64,000 nt of DNA from Glaucostegus cemiculus (GCA_976551045.1 CDPCPM010000430.1:62001-126000), one strand, 5' to 3'. Shown: positions 38,955 to 51,949, numbered from the stretch's first letter. Numbers and translations: made by a program. The notes: generated by a model from the sequence alone, not told the origin.

Positions 38955-39570
38955 GCAAAAAGCAAACTGCTGGAGGAACTCAGATCAGGCAACATCTGTG
39001 GAGGTAAATAGACAGTTGGCGTTTGGGGTCAAGACCCTTCATCTAGATTGGATAGGGGGAGATAGCCGGTATAGAGAGGTAAGAGGGAAGGGTGGGGTAA
39101 GAGCTGGCAAGCGACAAGTGGATCCAGAGGACAAGGGACAATTGACAGATGGGCTGAGGAAGGGAAGGGGAGGGAAGGGTGGAAATAGTGACAGAGGCTG
39201 GGAGGTGACAGAGGGCTGCAGAGGTTGGAATCTGATAGGAAAAGGTGGAGAATGGGACAAAACAAGGGAGATGGGGAGGGCAGATGGGAGCAGTGCGGGA
39301 AGGGGACCCAGAGGGAGGAGTTTGGGGGTGATGGGCAGTTGCAGTGGGTGGGGGAGGGAAACTGCTGAATAGGGGCTGGGGGTGTCAGAAAGGGTGTGTG
39401 CCATGTTCATGAACATTGAATTCTCCAATTTCAGGTAACCTGCTCCCTGTCTGATCTAACCAGGTCCTCCGACACACACACCACCCCCTAATCACCCTGT
39501 TTCTTTCCCCTCCCCAACTGATCCCATCTGCCATCACCAACATTCTCCTCCCACTGGGTCCCATTAGGCT
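38955..39570 (-). mobile_element. Penelope-like element 3' and terminal region
   Basis: tgctggaggaactcag terminus, hammerhead-like stem at 39014-39049, purine-rich low-complexity body. Confidence 0.7.
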
Positions 39571-40179
39571 TATGTTGTGACAACTGACAATAAACAAATC
39601 AGCCAAGAGAGAAGACTGGATAAGCTGGGGAATTTTTGGAACAGAGGTGGTGACAGGAGATTTAACTGAATGCACTCAGTTCATCATCTGTTGGTTTATG
39701 GAAGTCAGCTCAATTTTTTTTTCCCCCCAGAGGTTTTATAGTTAATGTGGGAACCATTGATATCAGCAAGTACTAACCTTAAGTGATCAGTTTTGAAATT
39801 ACAAAGTACAGCTGTGTAAAGAAGGATCACAGGCAACCACTTGGCACATGCGGTTGGGAAACTGACCACCGCAGTTAGACGGTGTACTCAAGAGAGGTGT
39901 GAAATGTACCAGGTGGCTGTAAACAGCCATCACTAGAGGGAAGCTAGAGACAAATAAGCCATGCATCAGAAACACTGGACAGTTTACTGCTAAAGGTGCT
40001 GGCACCACCGAGAGGGACTGAGTAAGGGCTTGGTAAATTTATGGCTCCAGAATCCAAATACCTCTTCAACCTCAAAAGGTACTTAAATGTTTTAACATTA
40101 TTATATGTTAGTGTTTTTAGAACATTACTTTGAGAGGTATATTGAGCCTCAATGGTACCTGCATTTTTTTTTGCTATAA

Positions 40180-40760
40180 ACAGAAAGTCCATGCCCCCTA
40201 ACCTTCATAGTCAAGGACAGCGAAGTCTTATTGCAATTGTACAGGGATTTAGTCAGACTGCACCTTAAGTATTGTGAACAGCTCTGGCCCACTCCTCTAA
40301 GAAAGCCTGTACCTGCCATTGAGAGACTGCAGCGAAGATTCATAAAGCAGGTTTGCTGAATGAGGAAGTGAGCAAACTAGGATGGTAATCTCTGGAGCTG
40401 AGTGTCGGGGGTGGTGGTTGTATCTTAAAGGGCTTCACAGATGAGATCCAGGGAAGATATTTTCCTTGGCTTGATTTGGTGGGGATGGTGGTCTAGGACC
40501 AGAGGGCACAGTTTCAAAACAAAAAGTTGGCCATTTGGAATAATTGAGCTGAAGAAATTCCTTCACTCAGAGGGTGGGAACAGTCAAGCCCAGAGAGTTG
40601 ATCTGTATTTATTCAAAACACAGATCAGTAACTTTCCAGACATTAAGGGAATCGGGGGTTATGGGGATAGTACTGGAAAAAGGCATTGAGTTGGAAAGAT
40701 TAGTCATGAAGTGACAGTGATAAAGGAGGCTCAGTCAGATTGCCTGCACCTATTATGTTC
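40180..40760 (+). mobile_element. Old CR1 3' relic
   Basis: SRTRGHSFK and cactcagagggtgg motifs. Confidence 0.65.
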
Positions 40761-41509
40761 TTGCTGCATTTATGCAGTATTTGGATGTGGTCATACAGAG
40801 TTGTAACCTGCAGGGCTAGGACCTCGAGCTGGGGGGGGGGGGAGGATTCCACTGGATTGCTCTTCTACAATCCTCACAGATATGGGCTGACCAGCCCGCT
40901 GTGTCTCAAATTTTCTACCATGAAGAAAACTGAGTCAATCAATGCACTAACACAAGTGACAAGCTGAAATCCAGCTTGCAGTTAAAGATCTACCCAACTT
41001 GCTGAAAGAACTTGTGGGGACACAGTTTAAAAATGTAGAAAATATCTTCATTGTGTTAATATACAGAAGTCAGTCAGCATATTCATATATTTGGGGAACA
41101 GCTTAAACATGCATTTTTAACCCCATTTAAATTATGCTATTACATCATGACTGGAGTGTTTTACCTTAGTAACCACTTTGTTTCCCTGATTACACATCCC
41201 TCTGTACACTGCAGTTCAATCTTGGAATGCAATTGGCTTGGTTTGCAGGGTTTTATGGGCAAAATTAGTGATTGTTATTTTTATAGTAGTCTATCATTGG
41301 AATAGAAAGCAAGAAGGTAGCTGGAACTATGATAAGAATAAGTTACTTTCCTGATTTACATTTTATTTAATCGGCATGGTTAAAGATCACGTTTTGAAGC
41401 AAATCAGGGGAAATAAAAAGATATAGTTGATACATTTATCCTGTCATCATAAATCACTACTGTTCCAAAAGCAATTGTGTATCTTAAAACTAAATCACAT
41501 ATTACTTAC

Positions 41510-41641
41510 CCGGGTATATTTGTTGAAGTTTTGAAAAATCTCCCAGCCCCAGTCTTGGTATTTCTTGTCATGTGTAAATCTATACATGTAGAAAAGGCTT
41601 TCTATTGTCTCGGGTCTTAACAGGTTGTGTCTGTCTGCAGG
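41510..41641 (-). CDS. MAN1B1: MAN1B1 exon
   Basis: gacag|CCT GCA...CGG|gtaagt; [44 protein letters not shown]. Confidence 0.95.
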
Positions 41642-42389
41642 CTGTCAGAAAGACTGAGAATTAATCTGAGAATATGAAATCAGCATTTTCAAAAGCCATT
41701 AAAACTATGCACACATTACATCAAGGTACAATGTTTCATATACCAGGTCTTGCAACCAACAACTTTGATTAACATTTACTTACACTAAACTGCTCAATCT
41801 AACCAAGTTGCATGCTACCTTGTTGGCTTCATTAACTGACTGTATATAATGTCTCGATTTGGCTTTTGATGTCAGGCATTCTTGCATGAAGGCCTGTGAA
41901 ATAAGGTGCCAACATTCCAAAGCTGCAGCTCATTATTTTTCATTATAATGAGGAACTGGCTCACACTGAGCCCTTCTAGCAACTTTGCTTCGACAGCAAC
42001 AAGCAAACTTGGTAGTTATCGATACACTTTTTATTTGTCAACCACACTGTACAGTATCACTTAGCACTGTTCATCACTGTAAAATAACTCCCAGTTAATA
42101 CACAGCAGCATTCTCACCTCTCTCTGTCCGGAGCTGTTTGACATTCAGCCCTTATTTTATAGTCTGGTTTTAATAAGCTACATTTAAAAATATCAAGAAT
42201 GCATACATTTTGTGTTTACATTCAAACATTCTGATCGATGACACATTTGTTTTAAAAAGTGGATAACCACTAAATTCCCAGCAATACCACAGAAGGTTCA
42301 AATGGAATTGAATGTAAATTTATCTTGTGAAATGCATGCATCTCTGAAGGATCATAAATATCATGTGCCCTGTACAACTAATAAAATTA

Positions 42390-42735
42390 ATGAGCAGCAC
42401 AGTGGCACAACCAGCAGAGGTGCCGCATCACAGGTCCAGTGATCCAGGTTCAATCCTGACTTCCTGTGCTGTCTATGTGGAGTTTGCAAGTTCTGTGACC
42501 ACACGAGTTTCCTCCAGGTGCTCCTGTTTTCTCCCAAGTCCCAAAGTGGTGCGGGTTGGTAGGTTAATTAGCCACTGTAAATTGTCCCTGGTATAGGCGA
42601 GGGGCAAAATCTGGGGGGGAAGTTGATGGGAATGTGGGGAGAATAAAACTGGATCAGTGTAGGATTAGTGTGGGTGGGTGATCGATGGTCAGAATGCACT
42701 GAAGGGCCTGTATCCGTGCTGTGTTACAGTTCATT
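42390..42735 (+). mobile_element. V-SINE (HE1-like) with CR1-type tail, ending about 10 nt from a MAN1B1 donor site
   Basis: gcagcacagtggcac head, ggttcaatcc B box, V-domain, tail gaagggcctgtatccgtgctgt. Confidence 0.85.
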
Positions 42736-42743
42736 GTACATAC

Positions 42744-42938
42744 CTTAACTTCAACATCCTTGGCATTGTGTGGACTCAAATTGAAATGTACAATCTCTGG
42801 GCTTAACCCGGTTTCAATCTGTGCATACATTTGGTAGCAGGTTTCTATCAGTTCCTTGGCCAGTTCCATGTGATCTGCACTGAGTCCATGATGAGCTCCT
42901 AAAGCGAGAGTCCCAGGGAGGAAACACACCAAATGATC
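42744..42938 (-). CDS. MAN1B1: MAN1B1 exon
   Basis: taaag|GAT CAT...AAG|gtatgt; [14 protein letters not shown]...[12 protein letters not shown]...DVEVK. Confidence 0.95.
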
Positions 42939-44119
42939 CTTTATTTAAAAAAAAGGAAAAACTTAGGTCAATGAAATCACCGCTTACAACACAAACATCA
43001 CTCTATCCATAACTAAGTTCAAAACACTGCAGATGCTACAAATCTGAAACAAACAGGAAACATGTCAAGGAGCATTTACAGAGGGAAACAGTTAATGTGC
43101 GGCAAAGTAAAAAAAATAGAAGGCGAAGCTTTATCTCAAATTGAGTACCCCCTGAACACTCCATCCCTGTTTCCTAACCCCTTGCACCATTATCCCCCAT
43201 CATTCAGCCTTCAGGATCTCACCCACAGACCCTTTTTGTCCTTCGCCACCCATTCACTTTGCATCCTACAATATTTTTAAACTTTTCCCAACTCTGATAA
43301 AAAAAATCTGACTGGAAATCCAGTTTTTAGTAGTAAAAGTGGACAGATTCAACCCGAAATCAAAATATTCTATACAACTGAATCACAGAGATTCAGACAG
43401 ATAAGGCAAGGATGGGCTGTGACAACCTTTCAAATGCTATCTTGACAATAAACATCTTGACAATGAAAGCAATCTGTCCCAGCAACTCCCAAAGCAAGTG
43501 TGTCAGCTGCCTTCAGCATCGCTGCTGAGAACCACATCAACTGCACAACCCCACTTCAAAATGTATGGTTTTCCAGCTGTTATTATAGCACTTCTTAATT
43601 TGTACTCTTACACAATAAGTAGGTACATCCCTGCGGTGACAATCCAGTTGGTGATTTCTCTTTAATTTAGTCAACAAGATAGAGAACATGGAGAGAAATG
43701 CAAGATGCATACATACCAGTTCACTGTAAGAAGTGTTGAACACTGTGTGCAACAGTAAAATGTCAGAATTACCATTTACGTGCCTTTGGAATGCAGGGCA
43801 ATCTATGGGAGTGCACCAGGCATTTCTCTGCAAATTCCACTAAGCCTGCACTGCAAATTAGTCATGTTGAAAGCTGGAAAATTGAGTGCATTCAGCCACT
43901 TGGACCAGAGCTACCCCTTCTTCTATCCTCCTCCCATCTTGGTGATTAAAATATCTCCATCCCCACATTGAACAATGGCCTCCAGAAGCATACTCCAGCA
44001 GAACTTGCCCTCTGCACTATAACCTGCTGCCATAATTATCCAAAGTTATAAACCAGGGGGACAGAGAAAAATCAAACTGATAACCTTACACCAGTCCCTG
44101 CCAGTTCAGGCAGAAAGAA

Positions 44120-45570
44120 ACAAAAATAAAAGATAAAGTGCTGGAAGGATTCAGCAAGTCAAGCAGCATCTGTGGCAGGAGAAATATTAGAGGTCTGAGA
44201 CCCTTGGCCCAAACTGGGAAGAGAGAAACAATTGAGTTGCAGAAAAGGTGGCTCAGGGAATGGATAGGATGAAAGCAGTATCTGTGATAGGGCAAGACCA
44301 AGGACAATAGCCAGATGGCAAGTATGCTTCTTTGTGTTGGGTGTTGTTAATAGCAGGGCTGTGGGACATGCCCAGCAGGTCAGGATCTACTAATGGAAGA
44401 GAAAACAACTGAGCCAACATCAGAGATGGCTGACAGGCAGAAGCGGCCAGTTCAGACACAGCGAGTTAACTAAAGCCGGAGGCTTTGAAGTTGAGTCTGG
44501 AAAGCTACAACGTGCCCAGGTGGAAGATGAGGGGGGTAGTGAATTGCTGGAATTCCCTGCCCCCGAAAGTGGTGGAGGCCAGATCATTGGATATATTTAA
44601 GGTGGAAATAGATAATTATTTTAAAGATCAAAGAGTTAGGGGTGATGGGGAACTGGCACACGAGAGTTGAGACCGGCATGGATCAGCCACGATCATACTG
44701 AATGGTGTAAGGCTTGAGGAGCTGAGTGGCCTTCTCCTGCTCCTGTTTACTTCCATTCTTGTATTCCTCAAGCTTGCGTGAGCTCTCACTGCAACTGTGC
44801 AGGAGGCCACAGACAGAGAGATCAGGGTAAGAGTGGGATGGTGAATTAAGGTGGCAGGAAACCAGAACCTCAGGGTCACCTCTGAGGACTGAGCGCAGGC
44901 GTTCAGAGGGCGGGCACCTAATCTGTGTTTGGTTTCTCCACAGTAGAGGAGACCACACTGTGAACGCCACATGCAGACTAGATTATACGAAGGTCTGAGT
45001 CCCTCAAATGGAAGGACTGCTTGAATCAGTGGATGGCGGGAAGAGGGGTAAGAACAGATGTTGCATCTCCTGCAGGTACATGGGAAAGTGCCATAAGTCA
45101 GGGAGCGGTTCACGGGGACAGATCTCCAAAGTAGCTATCTATTCAAAATACCAAAGAATGAGGAGTGCGACCTAGAGGTGGGATCTTGTTGGAGCTGGTG
45201 GAGATCATGACATATGATCCATTGAATTGGAAGCTGAGATCGGGGGAAGCCTGGTCTTAGTCTGTCCAGGAGAGAGCACTGGGGCAGGAAATAGATGAGA
45301 TGCAATCAGAGGCTCTATCCACAATGTTGGAGGGGAAGCTAAAGTAAGGAATGGGAAAGTCATTTCAGAGGTACCTGTGCGGAAAGTCTCATCATCGGAG
45401 CAAGTGTGGCAGAGGTGAAGGAACTGGGAGAATAGAATGGAGTCCCCACAGGAGGCCGAGGTGGGAGGATGTACAGAACAAGGGAGCTGTGGGCTCTAGA
45501 GAATGCACCGGAGACGGAGACGAGATCCACAAAGGGAAGGCAAAAGTCGGGAATCGACCACGTGAAGATG
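44120..45570 (-). mobile_element. Penelope-like element relic (RT thumb, GIY-YIG, terminal repeat), interrupted by a + CR1 3' end at about 44532-44763
   Basis: FTWSIPDFCLPFVDLVSVSG (RT thumb); GTFPCTCRRCNIC and NLVCMWRSQCGLLYCGETKHRLG (Cys motif plus GIY-YIG). Confidence 0.85.
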
Positions 45571-45829
45571 TCAACAGGGTGGGAACTGGCACAAGTGATG
45601 GCATTACAGAGCAGAGGAAGTGCTGTTTGGGGAAGTTCCAACAAATCCCAACGTAAGAGGCCAAAACCAGAGGTCAGGCATATGCCAGGAATGGGACGGG
45701 TAATTATTTTGGAAACCTGGATATACCAGATCCATTCATTCCAACTCATCAAGTCTACTCATTGTGCCCTCATGAAGCCATAGTTATCAAACACAAACAT
45801 TACATTGACTACCGAGTCGTATGATTTCC

Positions 45830-46320
45830 TGAATCAGAGTTGTACAGCACAGAAACAGGCCCTTCGGCCCAATACATCCGTGCCGACTTTTTGCCCATCC
45901 ACACTAATCCCATTTGCCCACATTAGGACTGTATCCTTCGATGCCTTGTCTATTTAAATATCTGCCTAAATGCTTCTTAAAGATAATGACTGTACTGTCT
46001 CCACTGGCAGAGAGTGCCAGACATCAACCACTCTGTAAGAAGAAACTTTCCCCTCAGATCCCCTTTAAATCTCCCAACTTAAACCGCTGCCCTCTTGTTT
46101 TTGATACCCCTTACCATGAGAAAAAGATTTTGACTATGTACCCTCTCTATACCTCTCATCATCTTACACAGCTCTATCAGCTCACCCCTCGGTCTCCTTC
46201 ACTCCGGGGAAAACAAGTTCAGCCTCTCCAATCTCTCCCCAGACCAAATCCTTCAATCCAGCCAACGTCCTGGTCAATCTCTGCACTCTCTCCAGCACAA
46301 CCACATCCTGATCCCTGTTA
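45830..46320 (-). mobile_element. CR1 3' end
   Basis: acagcacagaaacaggcccttcggccc reverse tail followed by CR1 3' sequence. Confidence 0.8.
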
Positions 46321-47404
46321 AAATGTCCCTAACGATGAATTCCAGCATCCTTCCGACAACTGCCATGCTAACTGGTCTACAGTTCTCTACCACTTTCGGT
46401 TCCTGCTGAAGTAGCAGTGGTACATTTGCTCCTTATACATCTACAGGAACTGCTCCAGAATCAGGGAGTTTTGCATTTTTTACTCTCCGTTCACTTCAAT
46501 TCCCTTAAAAACGATCTACTTAAGTGCCTCAGCCAACTTGTTATTTTACTGGTACTTGCTGCTGAGGCATCCACTTCAACTACATAGGTTTGTGTAATTA
46601 TTTTTGCTAGTTCTTGGGAATTAACTCGCAATTTCTCTACCAACTTCAGCCATCTCTGCTTCTTCCAAGACCTCACTATCATCAGGCTTCGACACCCCTT
46701 GACGACACTTTAAGCCTTTATTAATCCAATACAGAAGCTAACAGAATTGCTAAGGTCTAATCAAAACTTATGGGGTTATTTCTTTGTGATCTCTATGGCA
46801 GAGAGCACAGAAACAGGCCCTTTGCCAACAATTCAAACCTTGTTTGTGAATTCTCCAATTCTGTCAGAAATCTGGGAATATTGTGTGTAATTAAGGTGTA
46901 ATATACATTATATTTCCTGGTATCTGTTGGTTACTTGCTGAACAAGTCTACTAACACAAACCACTCCAAGACTACAGCAACACTAACATGTTGAAACATG
47001 AAATTAAATTGCTACTAAATGTCAATAAAACAATCTAGACTGTCATTTATCAAACTTCTCAAACTTAAATCAATATTTACTCTGTGATTCCAGGCTCACA
47101 AATACTATAAAGCTGTGGTTATAGGGCTTTGTTGGTACACAGCAAGTCACTCAAGTTTTCCAGAAGTAAGACACAAGTCTTTTATTCTCTCACCCTGGTG
47201 ACCTGAATGCAAAGATTTTTTGAAGAAGGACACAAGCATTTAACTATATAAATCCCCTGAAAACACATCTAACAGCAGTTGGATACAATTCTCAGTATCA
47301 GTTCTGCATTGAACAATTAATTGGTGTAAGTTAGAACTAGGCTGAGCTGATTAAAGTGAAGGCAATATGAAAGACTTGCAGATTAAGCAGAAGGATGAAC
47401 TAAC

Positions 47405-48305
47405 CATGGATGTGTTGTGGATAGTATAGAGGGCTGTCAAAGGTCACAGCGGGACAGATGGGATGCAAAGCTGGGCTGAGAAGTGGCAGATGCAGTTCAA
47501 CCCAGATAAGTGTTAAGTGGTTCATTTTGGTAGGTCAAGTATGATGGCAGAATATAGTATTAAGAAGTAGGACTCTTGGCAGTGTGGAAGATCAGAGGGA
47601 TGTTGGGGTCTGAGTCCATAGGATGCTGAGTCCATAGGACGCTCAAAGCAGCTGCACAGGTTGACTCTGGTTAAGAAGGCATATGGTGTATTGTCCTTCA
47701 TCAATTGTGGAATTGAATTTAGGAGCCGAGAGGTAATGTTGCAGCTATACAGGACCCTGGTCAGACCCCACTTGGAGTACTGTGCTCAGTTCCAGTCACC
47801 TCACTACAGGAAGGATGTGGAAGCCATAGAAAGGGTGCAGAGGAGATTTACAAGGATGCTGCCTGGAATGTGGAGCATGCCTTATGAAAGCAGGTTGAGG
47901 GAACTCGGCCTTTTGTCCTTGGAGCGACAGGGGATGAGAAGTGACCTGAAAGGGATAAATAAGATGATGAGAGGTATTAATTGGGTAGATAGTCAGAGGC
48001 TTTTCCCCAGGGCTGAAATGGTTGCCACAAGAGGACATAGGTTTAAGGTGCTGGGAAGTAGGTGTAGAGGAGATGTCAGGAGTAAGTTTTTTTACTCAGA
48101 GTGGTGAGTGCGTGGAATGGGCTGCCAGAAACAGTGGTGGAGGCAGATACGATAGGGTCTTTTAAGAGACTTTTGGATAGGTACATAGAGCAGAGAAAAA
48201 TAGAGGGCTATGGGTAAGCCTAGTAATCTTCTAAGGCAGGGACATGTTCGGTACAGCTTTGTGGGCTGAAGGGCCTGAATTACGCTGTAGGTTTTCTGCG
48301 TTTCT
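47405..48305 (+). mobile_element. CR1 3' part
   Basis: ORF 47661 LVRPHLEYCAQF...RFTRMLPG. Confidence 0.9.
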
Positions 48306-48744
48306 AACGAGATCTCGAGGAGCTGGTTTTCCTTATCCACTTGGTTTGTATATAAAATGTGCAATTAGCTTAACTGACGTGGAGAAGACTTTTTAAAATA
48401 AGGTGATGTAATCTTGGAATTAACAATTGGGCCAGTGTTTGGTCATTCAGATCACACTGAAACTGGTGTGACGTATGGATTTGCCTTTTGTAGCCCTGCC
48501 ATTGTGGATTTGCTTGCAGGAGCCAACCAATTCAAAATGGGCAGATCCTGCAATACAACCTTCCACGATGTAATGTGGTCAGCTAAACAGGCCAGAATAA
48601 GCCTGCCTCAAATTGGCTCCTTAAAAACCAACAACTGACTAAGCCATAACTTTACTGGTTGTCCTCAACAACCAGAAACATTGCAAAGAAAAAAAATCAA
48701 GAAAACAATTAATTCATCTCAAAATTGATCAGAGTGCTTAAATA

Positions 48745-48839
48745 GTCAGGCAGCATCTGTGGAGAGAAAGAAACAGAGTAAACGCTTCATATCAATGACC
48801 TGAAACGTTAACTATTTCTCCCCACAGATGCTGCCTGAC
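48745..48839. repeat. Fold-back inverted repeat made of two Penelope termini
   Basis: Perfect 18-bp arms 48745-62 and 48822-39 plus imperfect inner arms. Confidence 0.8.
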
Positions 48840-49227
48840 CTGCTGGGTATTTCACTGCACGATGCCACTGGACTCCACCGCAAACCCACCGGCGGAGCTT
48901 GGCCACCAACGCAGGAATCTCCGCATTTGCTCGGGAGTCCCAAACCCGAATCCTGAGGGGAGAGGGTGGAGGGTGGAGGGTGAATGTCTCCTGTCAGGGG
49001 TGGAACTGCCACCATTTCCCAGCAGGTTCCTGCACAATGTTAGGTTAAAATTTCCCATGAACAAGTAAATACACAATGTATGAAGGATCCTGCAAGACAT
49101 GAATATGCTAGGAGTGGAGGGACATGGATCACATGCAGGCAGAAGGGATTTGGTTTAATTTGAGGTCATGTTTGACACAGACATTGTGGCCAAAGGGCCT
49201 GTTCCTGTGCTGTACTGTGTTTTAATG

Positions 49228-49506
49228 CTGTAAAACTCTGATAATCCAGCTCCCTCAGGTGGTGCCTGATTAGCTAACTTCTGGATGTTGTTTACATTAA
49301 TACCCCAGCACAGTTTTAAACTTTCATGTCTTAGGTATTACATAGTAGTGTAATCAATCTCCCAGTGAACCAAGCGAGTCCAGACGGAGTGTGGGAACTG
49401 GGGCCCCACTGAGTCGAAAGGGAGCGTGGCAAAAATTTCCTGGTGAACCTGATGCCGGATTCAGGATTTCCGAATAGTCAGATTGTGCATTATCGGGGAT
49501 TTACTG
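49228..49506 (+). mobile_element. Tc1/pogo (Tigger-like) MITE
   Basis: TIRs ctgtaaaactctgataat and attatcggggatttactg. Confidence 0.6.
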
Positions 49507-49522
49507 CAATATGATCATCGAG

Positions 49523-49760
49523 GGCAGCAAGATAGCGTAGTGGTTAGCACAACGCTGTTACAGCACCAGCGATTGGGGTTCGATTCCAGTCGCTGACTGT
49601 AAGGAGTTTTTATGTTCTCCCGTGTCTGCGTGGGTTTCCTCCGGGTGCTCCGGTTTCCTCCCACATTCTAAAGATGTACGGGTAGGTTAATTTGGGGGTT
49701 TAAAATGGGCAGCGTGGACTCGTTGGGCCACGCTGTAAATAAAATTTAATTTAATTTAAT
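49523..49760 (+). mobile_element. V-SINE with intact Pol III boxes
   Basis: A box TAGCGTAGTGG 49533-43, B box GGTTCGATTCC 49577-87, V-domain, (ttaat)n tail. Confidence 0.88.
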
Positions 49761-49897
49761 AGAAATGTAATGATTAAAGCAGTCCTTCAGTGACTTCAAA
49801 GCACTAACCACTTTCAACAACTCCATACTCATTGGTTAATCTGGTGATGGGCATCATTCTATCCCCGTCGTGCTCTGGTTTCATGAAAGCCACTTAC

Positions 49898-50018
49898 CAT
49901 CTTTGGACTGAACTGATTGTGGGACAATTCACCTACAAAGGTCAATTTGTTTGGTTCTGATTTTCGAATCAAGTTCTTCTTGACACCTTCTATGGCCTGG
50001 AGATAGTCTTCCAGCAAG
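49898..50018 (-). CDS. MAN1B1: MAN1B1 exon
   Basis: attag|C TTG...ATG|gtaagt; [40 protein letters not shown]. Confidence 0.95.
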
Positions 50019-50170
50019 CTAATAATTAAACAAAAACGTAAACCATTTTGAGCTTCACTACACACCATTCAAGATGTTAACTGAAAACGGGTTAACGAGA
50101 CGTAGTGTGACAGAGATTGGTGAAATATACACTAGTGTAACTACTTTCCCCATAAGTAATCATCCTGGTA

Positions 50171-50541
50171 CAGTAAAGCTCCGACCATCTGACTGTTTGA
50201 AAGTCCTCACGGTCCTGTCGTAACCTCACTCATTCACCCAGAATGTCAGCCGGGGGCCAGAGTACAAGCCGGATCTGCGGCTGGAGCTGGGCTTGGGGTG
50301 TGTGACACCAGGGGTCGGGAATGGGGTGGGTGTGCAGTCGGAGCTGGGCTCCAGAGTGCTGGTCTGTTCCCCACTCCCACTACACAGACCGGGGTTCACT
50401 GGGCGGTTTATTACACGACTGCGTAACACGGAAAGAACTTGAAATAAAAGTACATTTGGGTATTAATGAGAGTAACATCCAATAGTCCAGACAGTGGCAC
50501 CAGCAAAGTCCTCAGGGTGCCCTATTATTGGAGTTCTACTG
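50171..50541 (-). mobile_element. Tc1/pogo MITE, same family as 49228-49506; third decayed copy at about 50940-51205
   Basis: ta|cagtaaagctccga ... ttggagttctactg TIRs; shared internal ggtgcc...ggatgtt...ttaatacc. Confidence 0.6.
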
Positions 50542-51341
50542 CAGCTGGTTAAGAGGCAGCAGGGTTTCACTGTCCATCCAGTGAGAGTTAATATAAAAAA
50601 TCCGAGGGAAGCTGGGAGAGGGAGAGTGGTGGAGGCAGCAGAGATCCATTTTGAAAACTTCCTTAAAAATCTTAAGTTCCACAAGTGTTAGCAATTTGTG
50701 GAAATGATTCTGAATGTGGAATGTCTCATTACACAGGGAAGTTTAAGAGTGTTAGCAACAGTTGAGGAAACCAATGAACCTGTATTCCACACTCTGCTGT
50801 CTGCATTGAATACATCCAGTCCGAGGGCATGGTCAAACTAAATCCTTCCAGCACCCACGAAGCCACCTTGAGGAAGCACTTCACAGGCTCTTAACCAGTT
50901 CCAACAGGTTTACAGGAAGGTATTGCAAACAAACTGCGCTGATCGAACTTTGGTGAAGCCAGACTGGCAGATGTTCCAGACTATCGGACGGTATCTCCAG
51001 TAACAACGCAACACTCCTAACCCGCTTCCTTCAGGTGTCACGTGGTATGAGGAGAAAGTTTCCAGTAACCGGCCAGTGGGAAGCGCGGGAGTCGGGACCT
51101 CAGCCAGCGGGAAGGTTGGGGGGGGGGGGGCGCGGTAAACGTTACCTGGTGGACCAAGTGCCGACCGTCAGGACTCTGACTGGTCAGACAGTGGACCACC
51201 AGTAGTTGCCAAACCTTAACATTTGGTTCAATCTTTGATTTATTAATTTATTTCTGGGATTTCAATAAAGAATGAAATAACTTAGAACACTACTAATACT
51301 AACTGCTTTGATTGGCTCAATTTAAATTCAGTATTACTCAC

Positions 51342-51532
51342 TCTGCTTCTCTCCTTCCTCCCTGGATCCACTGTTTCAGCAGGTACTCATAGTAGCTGTC
51401 AGCCCTGGCACCAAGTGTATAGACACCGAGGTGGGTAAACTGTCCGGAGTTAGTGTTGATGAACATTGGCACCAATCCATCCTTTTTCCCTCCAAGTTTG
51501 TGAATACGTTTCATCACATTATCTACTGCTGC
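51342..51532 (-). CDS. MAN1B1: MAN1B1 exon
   Basis: aacag|GCA GCA...GCA GA|gtgagt; [15 protein letters not shown]...[20 protein letters not shown]. Confidence 0.95.
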
Positions 51533-51949
51533 CTGTTTAGGAGGGGAAAAGGACAAAAATTATTTGGGCACTGATGAGTTGTCATGACTGTAAAAATAAA
51601 AGAGCACGTTCTGTTGGAAATTATTATTCACAAGTTCAAATCTAAACAGAAACACAAAATAGTTTCCTGATTCAGATCCATGATTCTAGTTTGACTATTG
51701 ATTTATAAACAGCCAATGAAAAGAAAACTGATTTGGCACTCCTTCAACATCAACATCTTTAAAGTTCTCAGGTATAAAAACTACTAACTTAAAACTAATA
51801 TCAAAGATCAGAAACGAAGATCTCTAGGGATATTGCGTGAGGCAATACTGGTTTTGTTTGTCCTTGTTGAACGTTGCTCCAGGAGGGTTTCTCGTATTTT
51901 CTTGTACCATAGGAAGCCTCTTGGCGCATTAAGTCAAGGCCAGCTCCCA

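Noticed and set aside
38884-39428. Overlapping 162-aa and 129-aa ORFs
   Set aside because: Low-complexity purine/pyrimidine tract of a Penelope terminal region; no protein motifs.
49523-49590. tRNA-like sequence with A and B boxes
   Set aside because: Continues into a V-domain and tail, so it is a SINE head and not a tRNA gene.
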